NCBI GenBank assembly: GCA_002104905.1
Contig: MCFE01000068.1
Span: forward strand, 1-64,000
Length of the DNA: 64,000 nt
Direction: 5' to 3'
Source of the DNA: Basidiobolus meristosporus CBS 931.73
Taxonomy: Eukaryota > Fungi > Basidiobolomycota
Shown: piece by piece, positions 1 to 12,344 of the stretch
How positions within the stretch are numbered: position 1 is the first letter of the stretch
Layout: each line of letters begins with the position of its first letter
Made by a program: the position numbers and the translations under genes
Notes under the pieces: model-generated
What the model saw: the letters and a program-made list of their open reading frames with translations, nothing else
Told to the model about the DNA's origin: nothing
Database searches by the model: none

Positions 1-1102
1 TGGTGCCTGTAATCACGTGGAGAGGCCATTTTAAATGTCTTTGTATTCATTGTATCATCGTTTCATATTAAGAATATTGCGCATTTTGCTGATTTTTTTC
101 TTGTTAGTTATTGGCCTTTTGGAAGCTATTGAAAATTGTGGCATTTCATAGTCTGAAGGCTACTCGACAAATCTTCAAGGTTTTATGTGCAAAGCACCTG
201 CAGCTTGGCACATACGCTCGTGGCACTTTTCTAGGCATATTTGACATACTTGTCTGAGATTATGGAAAAGTATGCATACCCCTATTCACTGAATAGATCA
301 AATAGTGAATACCACATCACTTGCTAGTTCTCCCAGGTTGATTTAGATATCACCATACCTTCATAGCATAAATAGCCTCCTAGAGCAGTCATATCAGTAC
401 AAGTTCCCTGCAAGAAGCATGCTTTATTATTCCATGTTTTATGCTTTCAGTATGCAATGATATCCTTAATTGCAAGCTGACATAGGACTTGGAACAGATA
501 TGATATCAAGTAAAATCTTGTGTAGATTGGCTCGAAAAAATGTGAAGTACGAAGAATCGGGTGTTGCTATACAGGGTCAAAATCAAAGCCTTCTTGGACA
601 AATATTAGAATAAAATTCAATAAATGTGGATTTAAGGTATGCCTCAGATATCAGTGTGGCAAGATGTGCGAATGAATAGCCATAGAGGCGCGTAATAAAC
701 GAACTGATCACGGAAATCTAGAGCGAGAAGTAGCGTAGATAGAAACAAGTTCAGCACAGTCTAGAGCAAGTTCAACCAAGGCTTTATAGAGTAAGCCGTT
801 TGTCCAAATCCCCTCACAATGGTAGGAATCTAGACTGATGTTGAGTAAATAAGGGATTCACAGAAAACTCAAAGGCCAGAGCACAAATCTAGAGCTATAT
901 ATTACATGGTATTACTCTAGAGCGATTATATAACTAATCCGCTGGTATATATCATTAATCTAGGGTAACGATAGTGAGCTAACGTTGTATCTACGAAAAT
1001 CTTGACCAAAGTCACTGGTCCTTGCGCTTATGTTGTTGATAGCTATTGGTATAACACATCTTAGTAAGGAAATGTCTCGTATCTGACGGATGGAATATCA
1101 AG

Positions 1103-1260
1103 AGATCCTTCCGCACGACCCAATTGGACCATGCTTGCTAATTTCCAATATAGTTTATCTACAGCCACGACTACTTAATGTAGATCCTTCTGCATGACCC
1201 ATTTAGACCATGCTTTGCTAATCTCCGGCAAAGTCTATTTACTTACACAATTACTGAATA
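1103..1260. repeat. Imperfect tandem duplication, 2 x ~79 bp
   Basis: agatccttccgcacgacccaattggaccatgcttgctaat (1103) recurs as agatccttctgcatgacccatttagaccatgctttgctaat (1182). Confidence 0.85.
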
Positions 1261-1274
1261 TACATACACATTTC

Positions 1275-1496
1275 ATGAATATGAACTGTACCAAATTTCA
1301 TGGCCATCCTCAGTCAACGACAATCGGGCCAGGATGACTGCCGCTAGAGGCAATCCTATACTATCATTACATCGAAAGGTTGGCTCAGTTTAAATGTGCA
1401 CGCATCCCTAAAAGAGTGGTCAACGATAAGAGTGCAGGCGCCCACGGCTATTTCAAAGTCATCAAGGCCAAGTTCCTTTCCGAGGTCGGAAAACGC
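1275..1496 (+). pseudogene. Degraded 5' fragment of catalase (third copy relic)
   Basis: Collinear with the first ~250 nt of the catalase CDS (atgaatatga...cagtcaacgacaa...atgactgccg...tatcattacatcga...aaagagtggtc...aaggccaagttcctttccgaggtcggaaa) with indels and substitutions; similarity ends at ~1496. Confidence 0.85.
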
Positions 1497-2466
1497 GTAT
1501 AGTTGATACAAATGCAACTATTGGCTCCACTATCAATATTGCTAGTGCAAACAAAACCTTGGTATATACATAACGCTACGATTACAAGTAACAGGTTAGG
1601 CTAACCAATAGCAATTAAGCATTCAATATAATAGCAAGCCAATCTAAGGTCAGCAATAGTACGTGCAAGAAACCACAGCAATGTAGACTAGACCATAAAC
1701 AGATAGTGTTAATTGGTGGTAGAGATATGGTTGGGCATTTGAATACCACACGCGACAAATATGTACCCACAAGTAACTGCCAAACAAAGCTTGATTTTTA
1801 ATATGGAGATGAATAACTTCGCGAGATAAATCCCCACCGGTCATTAATGAACTGGAGTGTTAATTACCAGTGTCGCCAATATCATAGCAATTGTGTGCAT
1901 ATATTTCTTATCAAGATTTACTTTTGGCGCCGGCCCAATATGCGGTAGTCGAGAGCAGTTTACGATATAGCTAGATAGCAGTTTAACGCACTGCTAACAA
2001 CCTGAGAAATACGGAGTAAATCATTTGTGAAATTCAGCTCGCAGCAGGGGGAATCTAGAACGCTAATGAAAATAAAGTCCTTACGGACTAGTAATCTAGA
2101 GTACGAGTCTAGAGTCAGATGTTACGTAGTATGACTTAGCAGACAGATCAACCTTTTAGTCTAACACCAAAGCATGTAAAATCCACTGAGAAAAACCTTT
2201 GACCAGAAATTCCTTATTCATGGGGAGCAACCTGAGTTAACATTAGTAATTTACTCTAACAAATAAGCTATGCATCTGAATAAGGAAACGCCTCATTCAT
2301 GTCAAGTAATTACCCTGCGTGTCCCAATTAGGCAAAGCTTACTAATCTTTGATCAATCCGTAGATAGAGCTCAATGTGGATGAAATAACGCATTGGGCAT
2401 CAGATTCTGGAAGGCTGGGATGTTACTTAAAGCCTTGTCACACCATCTCATCTCCATCAACCATCC

Positions 2467-3941
2467 ATGAATATGAGCTCTCTACCAAACTCCATGACTA
2501 CCTCCAATGGAGACCCAGTCAACGACAACCAGACCAGTATGACTGCCGGCAGAGGCGGTCCTATGCTGATCCAAGACTATCACTACATCGAGAAGTTGGC
2601 TCATTTCAACCGTGAGCGCATCCCCGAAAGAGTGGTCCATGCCAAGGGTGCGGGGGCCCATGGCTACTTCGAAGTCACCAAGGACATCTCCCACCTGACC
2701 AAGGCCAAGTTCCTTTCCGAGGTCGGAAAGCGCACCCCAGTATTCACCCGCTTCTCGACTGTCGGAGGTGAGAGTGGCTCCTCCGATACTGCTCGTGATC
2801 CACGCGGGTTTGCCGTGAAGTTCTATACCGAAGAAGGCAATTGGGACATGGTTGGCAACAACACCCCAATCTTCTTCATCCGGGATCCTATCAAGTTCCC
2901 TGACTTCATCCATACCCAAAAACGCAACCCAAAGACCCACCTTAAGGACCCAGATGCTTTCTGGGACTTCCTCAGTCTGACCCCCGAGTCCATCCATCAA
3001 ACACTCATCCTGTTCTCAGACCGCGGAACGCCCAAGGGCTTCCGTCACATGAACGGCTACTACGGCCACACACTGAAGCTTGTCAATGAGAAGGGCGAGT
3101 ACAAGTATGTCAAGTGGCACTTCAAGACCGACCAGGGCATCCAGAACTTCACTGAGGAGGAGGCTGTTGCCATGGCCGGTGAGAATCCTGACTATGGAAC
3201 ACAAGATCTGTTTGAAGCCATTGACCAGGGAAATCACCCCTCGTGGACTGTGTATGTTCAGGTGATGGAGCCTGAGCAGGCCGCCACCTACCGCTGGGAC
3301 CCTTCGATATCACCAAGGTATGGCCCCATGGCGACTTCCCACTCCAGGAGGTGGGCAAGATGGTGCTCAACAAGAACCCCGACAACTACTTTGCCGACAC
3401 TGAGCAGGTTGCATTCTCGCCATCGAACATGGTTCCTGGAATTGAGGCCTCAGTCGATAAGATGCTTCAAGGCCGTATGTTCGCCTATCCTGACGCGCAT
3501 CGCTACCGTGTAGGCCCCAACTTCAGCCAGATCCCCATCAACCAGCCTAGATGCCCAGTTTTCCACGGCCAAAGAGACGGGCTGATGACAGTCAATGGAA
3601 ACTTCGGTGGCTTGCCCAACTACGAGCCCAGCAGCATCCATCCTGGGATTCCACAACAGCAACAGGCTCGTGGAGAGCACTATCACAGCGCTGAGAACAT
3701 GGGCAACGTGAGTGGCACCATCGGTCGTCACGTGATGCCTGCAGTTGATGATGACTACGTCCAAGCTGGAATGCTCTATCGGGTACAGCCTGAGGATGCC
3801 AAGCAGCGCATGATCTCCAACATTGTCGGCCATCTGAAGCATGCCAAGGAGTGTATCCAACAGCGCCAGCTGAAGATCTTCTACAAGGCTGATGCCGAAC
3901 TCGGAGCCCGCATCGAAGAAGGGCTTGCAACTTGTGTTTAA
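2467..3941 (+). pseudogene. Monofunctional heme catalase, copy 1, with a 1-bp deletion frameshift at 3300-3302 (pseudogene or assembly error)
   Basis: Nearly identical to 5043..6518; CCC at 3300-3302 versus CCCC at 5876-5879; ORFs 2467..3513 and 3351..3941 give the two halves. Confidence 0.9.
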
Positions 3942-5042
3942 TAATCTATGTGAATAATTTTGAGCTATTGTTTGGTGTAACTTACTTATCAATAATATTG
4001 AATACTGCATATATCAATCGTCTTGAAGTGTATGGCAACTAGAACGCTTATTACCAAGCATTGTTTACCGTTGAAAGAATATAAATACTGAAGATGATAC
4101 GATATGCTCGTTGAAAGGTTTTTTCATATTCGTCTTCTCATTAAGAAATGTTGATTCATGAAAATTGAGACATTAAATGAGAGTACTCGTAAGAATGTAG
4201 CTCTATTGCTTGTATATCAATTTTTGAAGGAAATGCAAGTAATGAAGTTCATGTGCGAGAATTACTATTTTGTATCCAGGCATTACGTGTATGTGTTTTG
4301 TCAAGTTCCTTGCTTACTATTGAGTGCGGTACGAAGTAAATGAAGTTATTTAGAGATAATAGGCTTCATTCCTCCCACAACAACACAACACTAAACTCAT
4401 TCGAGTCAAAAAAGAATAATTCTATTTTTGCCATCTCAATATTGGATCTACTAAGGGTTACTGATTTGTCGAAATTTATTAATTCTATACTTATCATTGA
4501 CGTCTCCTGCCAACAAGTGCCGATTGAACACCAGGCTCACAGTCGATCATTATTGGCAAGATGGACTAACGTTAGACTCGAACCTATGCCGGGGATACTA
4601 TTACCAGACGCTTCATTAATGAGTACGAATGCAGTTCCACCGATTCTTTATAGATAGGGGGTAGTTCTAGCCTGTACGCACTGTTAGTAATATATTGTTG
4701 GCCCCGCCAAGATAGTGTGAATGACATATCTCCAGATTAAAAGCAGACGAATCACGAACTCAGAAACTATTAGTAAGTAGTATCCAAATATGGTCATGAG
4801 CCTAAACATTGAATCTATATGAGGTTAGGTCTCCATCCTAGAAAATCTTACGCAAAGTGTGGCTGAGGAAATACATTATAAGAAAATCTCACTCCTGATC
4901 CAATTAGGGCGTGCTTACTAACATTAGAAATGGCTACTGATAATGCTCGATTTGGATGAAGCAACACCTTGGATATCGGGTTCTCGAAGGTTGGAATGTT
5001 ACTTAAAGCCTTGTCACACCATCTCATCTCCATCAACCATCC

Positions 5043-6518
5043 ATGAATATGAGCTCTCTACCAAACTCCATGACTACCTCCAATGGAGACCCAGTCAACG
5101 ACAACCAGACCAGTATGACTGCCGGCAGAGGCGGTCCTATGCTAATCCAAGACTATCACTACATCGAGAAGTTGGCTCATTTCAACCGTGAGCGCATCCC
5201 CGAAAGAGTGGTCCATGCCAAGGGTGCGGGGGCCCATGGCTACTTCGAAGTCACCAAGGACATCTCCCACCTGACCAAGGCCAAGTTCCTTTCCGAGGTC
5301 GGAAAGCGCACCCCAGTATTCACCCGCTTCTCGACTGTCGGAGGTGAGAGTGGCTCCTCCGATACTGCTCGTGATCCACGCGGGTTTGCCGTGAAGTTCT
5401 ATACCGAAGAAGGCAATTGGGACATGGTTGGCAACAACACCCCAATCTTCTTCATCCGGGATCCTATCAAGTTCCCTGACTTCATCCATACCCAAAAACG
5501 CAACCCAAAGACCCACCTTAAGGACCCAGATGCTTTCTGGGACTTCCTCAGTCTGACCCCCGAGTCCATCCATCAGACACTCATCCTGTTCTCAGACCGC
5601 GGAACTCCCAAGGGCTTCCGTCACATGAACGGCTACTACGGCCACACACTGAAGCTTGTCAATGAGAAGGGCGAGTACAAGTATGTCAAGTGGCACTTCA
5701 AGACCGACCAGGGCATCCAGAACTTCACTGAGGAGGAGGCTGTTGCCATGGCCGGTGAGAATCCCGACTATGGAACACAAGATCTGTTTGAAGCCATTGA
5801 CCAGGGAAATCACCCCTCGTGGACTGTGTATGTTCAGATGATGGAGCCTGAGCAGGCCGCCACCTACCGCTGGGACCCCTTCGATATCACCAAGGTATGG
5901 CCCCATGGCGACTTCCCACTCCAGGAGGTGGGCAAGATGGTGCTCAACAAGAACCCCGACAACTACTTTGCCGACACTGAGCAGGTTGCATTCTCGCCAT
6001 CGAACATGGTTCCTGGAATTGAGGCCTCAGTCGATAAGATGCTTCAAGGCCGTATGTTCGCCTATCCTGACGCGCATCGCTATCGTGTAGGCCCCAACTT
6101 CAGCCAGATCCCCATCAACCAGCCTAGATGCCCAGTTTTCCACGGCCAAAGAGACGGGCTGATGACAGTCAATGGAAACTTCGGTGGCTTGCCCAACTAC
6201 GAGCCCAGCAGCATCCATCCTGGGATTCCACAACAGCAACAGGCTCGTGGAGAGCACTATCACAGCGCTGAGAACATGGGCAACGTGAGTGGCACCATCG
6301 GTCGTCACGTGATGCCTGCAGTTGATGATGACTACGTCCAAGCTGGAATGCTCTATCGGGTACAGCCTGAGGATGCCAAGCAGCGCATGATCTCCAACAT
6401 TGTCGGCCATCTGAAGCATGCCAAGGAGTGTATCCAACAGCGCCAGCTGAAGATCTTCTACAAGGCTGATGCCGAACTCGGAGCCCGCATCGAAGAAGGG
6501 CTTGCAACTCGTGTTTAA
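5043..6518 (+). CDS. Monofunctional small-subunit heme catalase (491 aa, intronless)
   Basis: [13 protein letters not shown] (distal His), [22 protein letters not shown] and [14 protein letters not shown] (proximal Tyr). Confidence 0.97.
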   Translation: MNMSSLPNSMTTSNGDPVNDNQTSMTAGRGGPMLIQDYHYIEKLAHFNRERIPERVVHAKGAGAHGYFEVTKDISHLTKAKFLSEVGKRTPVFTRFSTVGGESGSSDTARDPRGFAVKFYTEEGNWDMVGNNTPIFFIRDPIKFPDFIHTQKRNPKTHLKDPDAFWDFLSLTPESIHQTLILFSDRGTPKGFRHMNGYYGHTLKLVNEKGEYKYVKWHFKTDQGIQNFTEEEAVAMAGENPDYGTQDLFEAIDQGNHPSWTVYVQMMEPEQAATYRWDPFDITKVWPHGDFPLQEVGKMVLNKNPDNYFADTEQVAFSPSNMVPGIEASVDKMLQGRMFAYPDAHRYRVGPNFSQIPINQPRCPVFHGQRDGLMTVNGNFGGLPNYEPSSIHPGIPQQQQARGEHYHSAENMGNVSGTIGRHVMPAVDDDYVQAGMLYRVQPEDAKQRMISNIVGHLKHAKECIQQRQLKIFYKADAELGARIEEGLATRV

Positions 6519-7186
6519 TAATCTATGTGAATAATTTTGAGCAATTGTTTGGTGTAACTTACTTATCAATAATATTGAATACTGCATATATCGATCGTCA
6601 TGCAGTGTATGGAAACTAGAACACATGTCACCAATCATTATTCACCATTGCCCGACTTGTAACTTGTATTTTATAGTCAATGTGAGTAAAGTTGGTTACT
6701 GTCCGGTACAAATTTCATATCTCCTATAGTTTTATGCTGAAAACTTTCCAAAAACATACAGTCCGTTTATTCACCATCACTCTAGTTATGGTAACCTGGT
6801 TACTACCACGATCTCCCAATCACCAGTTGGTGCTATTTACTATTGAAAATAGTACATTTTATGCCGATCTACTGACTACACCTTCTCAATTAGCATAAAG
6901 CCTTCATTTGTGGGGTTTGAGTAGTAAGTAATATACAGTGAAATCGAATATTGATTTTGACGCTATCTTCAGCAATCTTTTGAAGAGTGATTTAATCATT
7001 ATAATAAGAACCCCTCCAAATCACTTTGAAATATGATTAAACCATGGTATTTGTTGGTAGTTCTGCAATATCATAGGCATTTAGACACTTGGCACCCTTT
7101 GGGAAATCGTCACCTTCAGCCACTCAATAGCTGAGATATTCGGCTCCAAGGCGCTGACGACAATAAATGCTTTGGGATACTCCAAG

Positions 7187-7660
7187 TCAATATGCAGCCT
7201 TACGAGCAAAGTCCTGAGTCCAGTAATTCCCCTTGGCCGCATAGCCGGAACCCATGTGGGTGTAGTGGGGGTTAAGGATGTTACTGCGATGTCCTGGAGA
7301 GTTCATCCAGCCCCGCATGACCGCTTCAATGCTACCGTAGCCCATGGCAACGTTTTCCCCTAACGCAGTCCATTTGAAGCCAGTCTTGGAGATGCGGGTA
7401 GCCATGGGTCTACCAGGCTCGTTATGAGTCATTTGGCCAACACGGGCTTGGTAGTCTGAATGTTTTTGGGCAGCTCTGATTAAACGATTGTCAAGGCGGA
7501 GGGGAGCTTGACCATTCAGTCGGCGTTGCTTATTCACCAAGCGAAGCATCATTTTCACGTCAGCATTACCAGAGCCAGGAGTGCTAATGGGGGCAGCGAA
7601 GATCAACAACGCCTGTAGAACAAGGAGGGTTAAGCAAATAAGTGTAGTCCAGCTTTTCAT
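7187..7660 (-). CDS. Secreted CAP/SCP (PR-1/YkwD-like) domain protein, 157 aa
   Basis: Signal-peptide-like MKSWTTLICLTLLVLQALLIFA; motifs LVNKQR, AAQKHS, GENVAMG, WMNSPGHRSNIL, YWTQDF; start taken at the ATG at 7660 rather than the upstream in-frame ATG. Confidence 0.93.
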   Translation of the reverse strand: MKSWTTLICLTLLVLQALLIFAAPISTPGSGNADVKMMLRLVNKQRRLNGQAPLRLDNRLIRAAQKHSDYQARVGQMTHNEPGRPMATRISKTGFKWTALGENVAMGYGSIEAVMRGWMNSPGHRSNILNPHYTHMGSGYAAKGNYWTQDFARKAAY

Positions 7661-8528
7661 GTTTCCGGTTATGGAAGGAGAAGAATGATTTTCCATGTCG
7701 GAAAAATGGCCACCTTTATATCTGAGTGGATGTTGCTCAATATGTATCCAGAAGGGAGATGGATAATCGAAGAATGATTGTGTGCTACATGAGCGGAAAG
7801 TGAGTGCATCTACGAGAGCGTTGCCCCTGATATGAAGCATTTTAAGATACTGTCGGGTTCGCTCGCACCCATTTCTTGGACATCTAAATCCATATCAATT
7901 TAAAAAAGAATCACCTGATACACAGATGGTAGTTACTGCTTTTAATGGACTATACCCTGCACTCTCACTTGGGGAAATAATTTCAGTAGATGCTAATCCC
8001 ATAATATCAATAAACAAACCCATGCCCATAAAATTGTTATTCCAGTTTAAGATTACATTATCTACACGTTGTACATAAAGTACATGGCCTCCTCAATTAA
8101 CCACGGAGGTTTTGCGATTCCCGTACAACAGAGTAAATTGGATCTTTTAGAGCAGTGTATATATTAACATTATGCACTGTGTTCAGAGGGTTCATACATT
8201 CAACTTTATTCAAATTCTTAAGTAAATTGATTATGCTGCAGTTGTCCTGGTAGACAACTTACATCTAGACCTGAAATCTAGAACGACGTTATGATTAACA
8301 TATTTGTATCGTAATCAAATCAAGTTTAATTCCAAGACCGAGTATTGTGCGTATTCCAGCTGGTTGGCTGGTTTGTTTGGTATTTCCACGTGCTTGGCGA
8401 TTACTCGAACACTTTATTAGTCCATGTCTAGCAACCTAGACCACACTGGAAGAACAGCGATTGTTTATAAGTCTGTCATGCCGAGCTACTGACACTTAAC
8501 TTTACCTTCAACGCGGTAGATTTTGATT

Positions 8529-10191
8529 ATGTTACATTGGCTTGTTCTTAGTATCATTGTTGTTGCCCTAGCGTATTATTACGTTACCCTAATAAGCTTA
8601 GATCAGCATACCCCTTCAGTTATCATCGTTGGAGGTGGTTTAGCTGGCTTAAGTGCTGCTTTGGAGGCCTATAATTTAGGTGCCAAGGTTACTTTGATCG
8701 AGAAAGAGGCCAACCTTGGCGGTAATTCAGCCAAGGCAACTAGTGGCATTAATGGTGTGCCAACCCGAGTGCAAGCACTCCAAGGAGTGGAGGACACTGT
8801 AGAGAAGTTTGCAAGAGTATTATATGTTTTGAGATTCATGCTTGACATTCACCAAAGCTCACCTACAGTTCTTTTAGGACACTGAAATCTCCGGCGGCAC
8901 TCTGTCAGATATGGAGCTTGTTCAAGTTCTCACTAGCCGTAGCAACGAAGCTGTTGAATGGATTCAGCAATTTACCCAGGGAATGAATCTTAGTGCTTTA
9001 TCTCAGTGCGGGGGACATTCTGAACCTCGCACTCACCGCTTTGCTTCGAAAGAGCCAGGAAAGCCTGCTCTACCGGTAGGCTTCGGCATCATAAAGATGC
9101 TATCCACCCACTTGAGAGGCCAAATCAAGTCAGAAGACACGGAGGAGCCTAGAATTCGCATCCTTACGTCCACTACTGCATATCAACTCATCACGAGCAA
9201 CAAGGGCATGAAGATGAAGGTAGCAGGTGTATCGGTCGTAAAAGATTTAGATGGGAGGAAGGAATACGAGGAGCTGTTGGCTGATGGAGTGATTCTTACT
9301 ACGGGCGGTTATGGTGCCAGTGCATTGATTGAGGACGCATCGAAGTCATTAATCAAAGAATATGCACCTCACGTTGTTGGTCTCCCGACCACTAACGGCG
9401 CTTGGGCGCAAGGAGATGGAGTCCGACTAGCCCGCGATCCCAAGGTGGATGCGGAGTTAATCCATATGGACCAAGTGCAAGTGCATCCCACCGGGTTTGT
9501 CGATCTATCGGATCCAGCTAATCCTACGAAATTCTTAGCACCTGAAGCATTGCGTGGGTATGGCGGCGTATTGATCAATGGAAGGGGCGATCGATTTGTC
9601 AACGAGCTAGGCCCACGGGACTATGTTACTCAGCACATCTTTGAGTTCTGTTCTCCCGAGAAAAATGGGCTGGTTCACCCAAAGCACTTGGAGAATCCTT
9701 TGCCACTCAAGGCCGCGTGCTATATGATTCTTCCGGACAGCGCAGTAGAGTCCTACGACCGTGGGACGGTTGGCTTTTATATGGGGCGTGGACTTATTCA
9801 CAAGGCTGCCAACTTATCCGAACTTTCCGACGAACTCAATCTATCGGTGGAACATCTAACTAAGACGTTGCAGGATTACGACGATAGTCTTCATGGTAAA
9901 CTGACCGATCCGTATGGTAAAACAGTGTTCCCAGGCTCATTTATTGATGGCGGACCATATTATTATGCGGTGATTACACCCAGCATACACTACACCATGG
10001 GTGGTGTGAAGATCAACTCGAACACCCAGGTCCTTCGCTCCGATGGACAGCCGATCCCTGGTTTGTTTGCTGCTGGTGAAGTTACAGGTGGTGTTCATGG
10101 AAAGAATCGATTAGCCGGAAACTCGCTGTTAGAGTGTGTGGTCTATGGCAGAATCTCTGGAGCATCTGCTTTGCGCCCCGAATTCCATTAG
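8529..10191 (+). CDS. OSM1: Soluble-type FAD fumarate reductase / flavocytochrome c (Osm1/Frd1-like) with N-terminal hydrophobic segment; intron 8817..8877
   Basis: GGGLAGLSAA dinucleotide fold, GGNSAKATSGIN, QVHPTG, EALRG, HYTMGG and NRLAGNS catalytic motifs; the GT..AG intron joins the two ORFs in frame. Confidence 0.9.
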
Positions 10192-10511
10192 CCTGTTTGT
10201 ACAATACTGTTTGTATTTTAATATTCATCCAACAATCAGAAGCCAATAAATGGGTCGTCGGCTATTTCTCACACTTCTTGATGACGCCCAGTTCTTAGGA
10301 TTTACATCGTCTTTGTCATGTGACCCAGAGGTTTTCGATGTGACCTTGAGTAAATACACAACACAGTGAGTCATTGTGAATTCCCAAGCCCTTATCCATA
10401 CGATATTAATATCCCACGACTGGCCAAGCAGTATCAAACATCCACCATATAAATAGGCGACAACATTTGCGGATGGCCGACCATAGACTCGGTGTTTAGT
10501 GGAACTAAAAG

Positions 10512-11955
10512 ATGAACATAGCCGAGAAAAGTGTATTGATTCTTGGAGGTGGTTGTTTTGGCCTTTCAGCTGCGATTGAATTGAAGAATCGAGGCTGGAG
10601 TGTCACAGTGCTAGATAGACAACCCATTCCGGCGTCCGACGCGGTAAGTTCTTCCTGAACAGATGAGTGAAGGCTGATTTGAGTACTGATAGCTTTTCTT
10701 TTACAAGGCGAGCACGGATATCAACAAAGCTTTTCGACCAGACTACGGTGGCGATGAGATTTACCAAGCATTATGCATCAAGGCCTACGAAAGATGGAAA
10801 CAATGGAACCAGGAAACTCTAGAGGCGTACCAAGAGAAGGTGTTCCACGAGTGTGGTGTGCTGTTTTTGTGCTATGATAAGATGGGTGAATTTGACAAGA
10901 AATCCATTGCTACTCTCCCGGAGGGCTTCACTCACGTCTATAGAACACCTGAAGAAATAGCCGCGGCTTATCCAACGCTTAGTGAGTCTGGGTTCACAGA
11001 AGGCTATCTCAGCAAATATGCAGGCTGGTTGAATAGCAAATTAGGAATCCAATATGCATGTGACAAGGCCAAGAAGATGGGCGTCAGATTTGTGGAGGGC
11101 GAGACCGCCGGCATGTTCAAAGAGTTCCTGCAAGATAAGTTGGGAAATATCAAAGGTATCATCACACTGGATGGTACCGAGCACTGGGCTGACTTGACAA
11201 TTGTTGCTTCCGGCGCGTGGACTCCTAGCATTGTAGATATGAACGGAATGATGCAAGCCACAGGCCATGCTGTGCTTCAGATAAACATTCCCGAGAGCTT
11301 GCGGCCCAGGTATCGACATGAGGTCCTTCCTGTTATGTTCGCAGATACTACACGCAGTGGTCAGTATTCTCATCCTTATAGCTACCAACGATTGATCTTT
11401 CTTACCAAACCTCGTGTAGGCTTCTATAGCTTTCCTATCAACAAAGATGGAAACTTGAAGATTGCTTGTCATGACCAAGGCTATCTCAATTTCCCAAAAA
11501 ACGATAATCGCGACACCCCTATTTCGTACCCACGTACTTTGGCCACTTCTCCCAAAGATACAGTGCCAATAGACGCAGTCCGTAATTTCCGCTCGTTTAT
11601 ACGAAGCACCTATCCCGAGCTGCGCCATCTAAACATTGCCGCCACCCGAATGTGTTGGTATACAGACTCCTGGGACGGTGATTTTTATATTGATCACGTC
11701 CCTGGACGCCCCGGGCTTTTCGTAGCTACCGGTGGTAGCGGACATGGCTACAAATTTTTGCCCGTTCTCGGCGAAGTGATTGCCGATGCCGTTGAGTTAA
11801 AACGTAGTGAAATCACTGAGAAATTCAAATGGAGAGTCCCCACGGCAACACAAAAAAGAGATGGATTACGTTGCGACGGTGGGAATGCAATGTTGGATGA
11901 CCATCCAATGGCCACACAGAAAGAGCTCGAAGGAGACCAACGTTCCAAGCTGTAG
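10512..11955 (+). CDS. FAD-dependent amine oxidase (fructosyl-amino-acid/sarcosine/L-pipecolate oxidase family), peroxisomal (ends SKL); introns 10644..10707 and 11360..11419
   Basis: GGGCFGLS, spliced DAASTDINK, RMCWYTDSWDGDFYIDHVP, TGGSGHGYKFLP; C-terminal PTS1 SKL. Confidence 0.9.
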
Positions 11956-12344
11956 TCTAATATGAGCAGAGATCCATACTTCCGTGAATGACAGCATAGT
12001 ATGACTGTTTGAATTCTATCAAGCAGTCAAGCCACCGGAAGTAACGTGTGCTTATGAGCATTCATTTATGAAGTGAGAAGTATTGAAATCTTTGGTTACT
12101 CACAGTGTGAGATGTAGGAGACTAAATAAATCACTGTTAATTGCAAACGAATCATCATGAGTAAAACTATCGAGTTTATACCGTATTATATGGGAAATGA
12201 GAGGAGTAAATTGATTAATTTCCCGATCGTTTTTCCATGATAGAAAAATAAAAAAACAATAATAACACGCTTTATACTACTAGTTCACACTTGGTTTAAG
12301 CAAGTTCACTTTTGTACTCTATAACCACCCGTTCTTCACACTCA

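Noticed and set aside
1-620. Possible decayed MULE-type transposase on the minus strand (…FSIISDK…VLC…)
   Set aside because: Only a faint motif amid several stops, with no termini; needs a profile search to support
5043-6518. Horizontal transfer of catalase from Bacillus-like bacteria (intronless, KatA-like)
   Set aside because: Clade-3 catalases are highly conserved across kingdoms and the GYxGHT segment is fungal-type; a phylogeny would be needed
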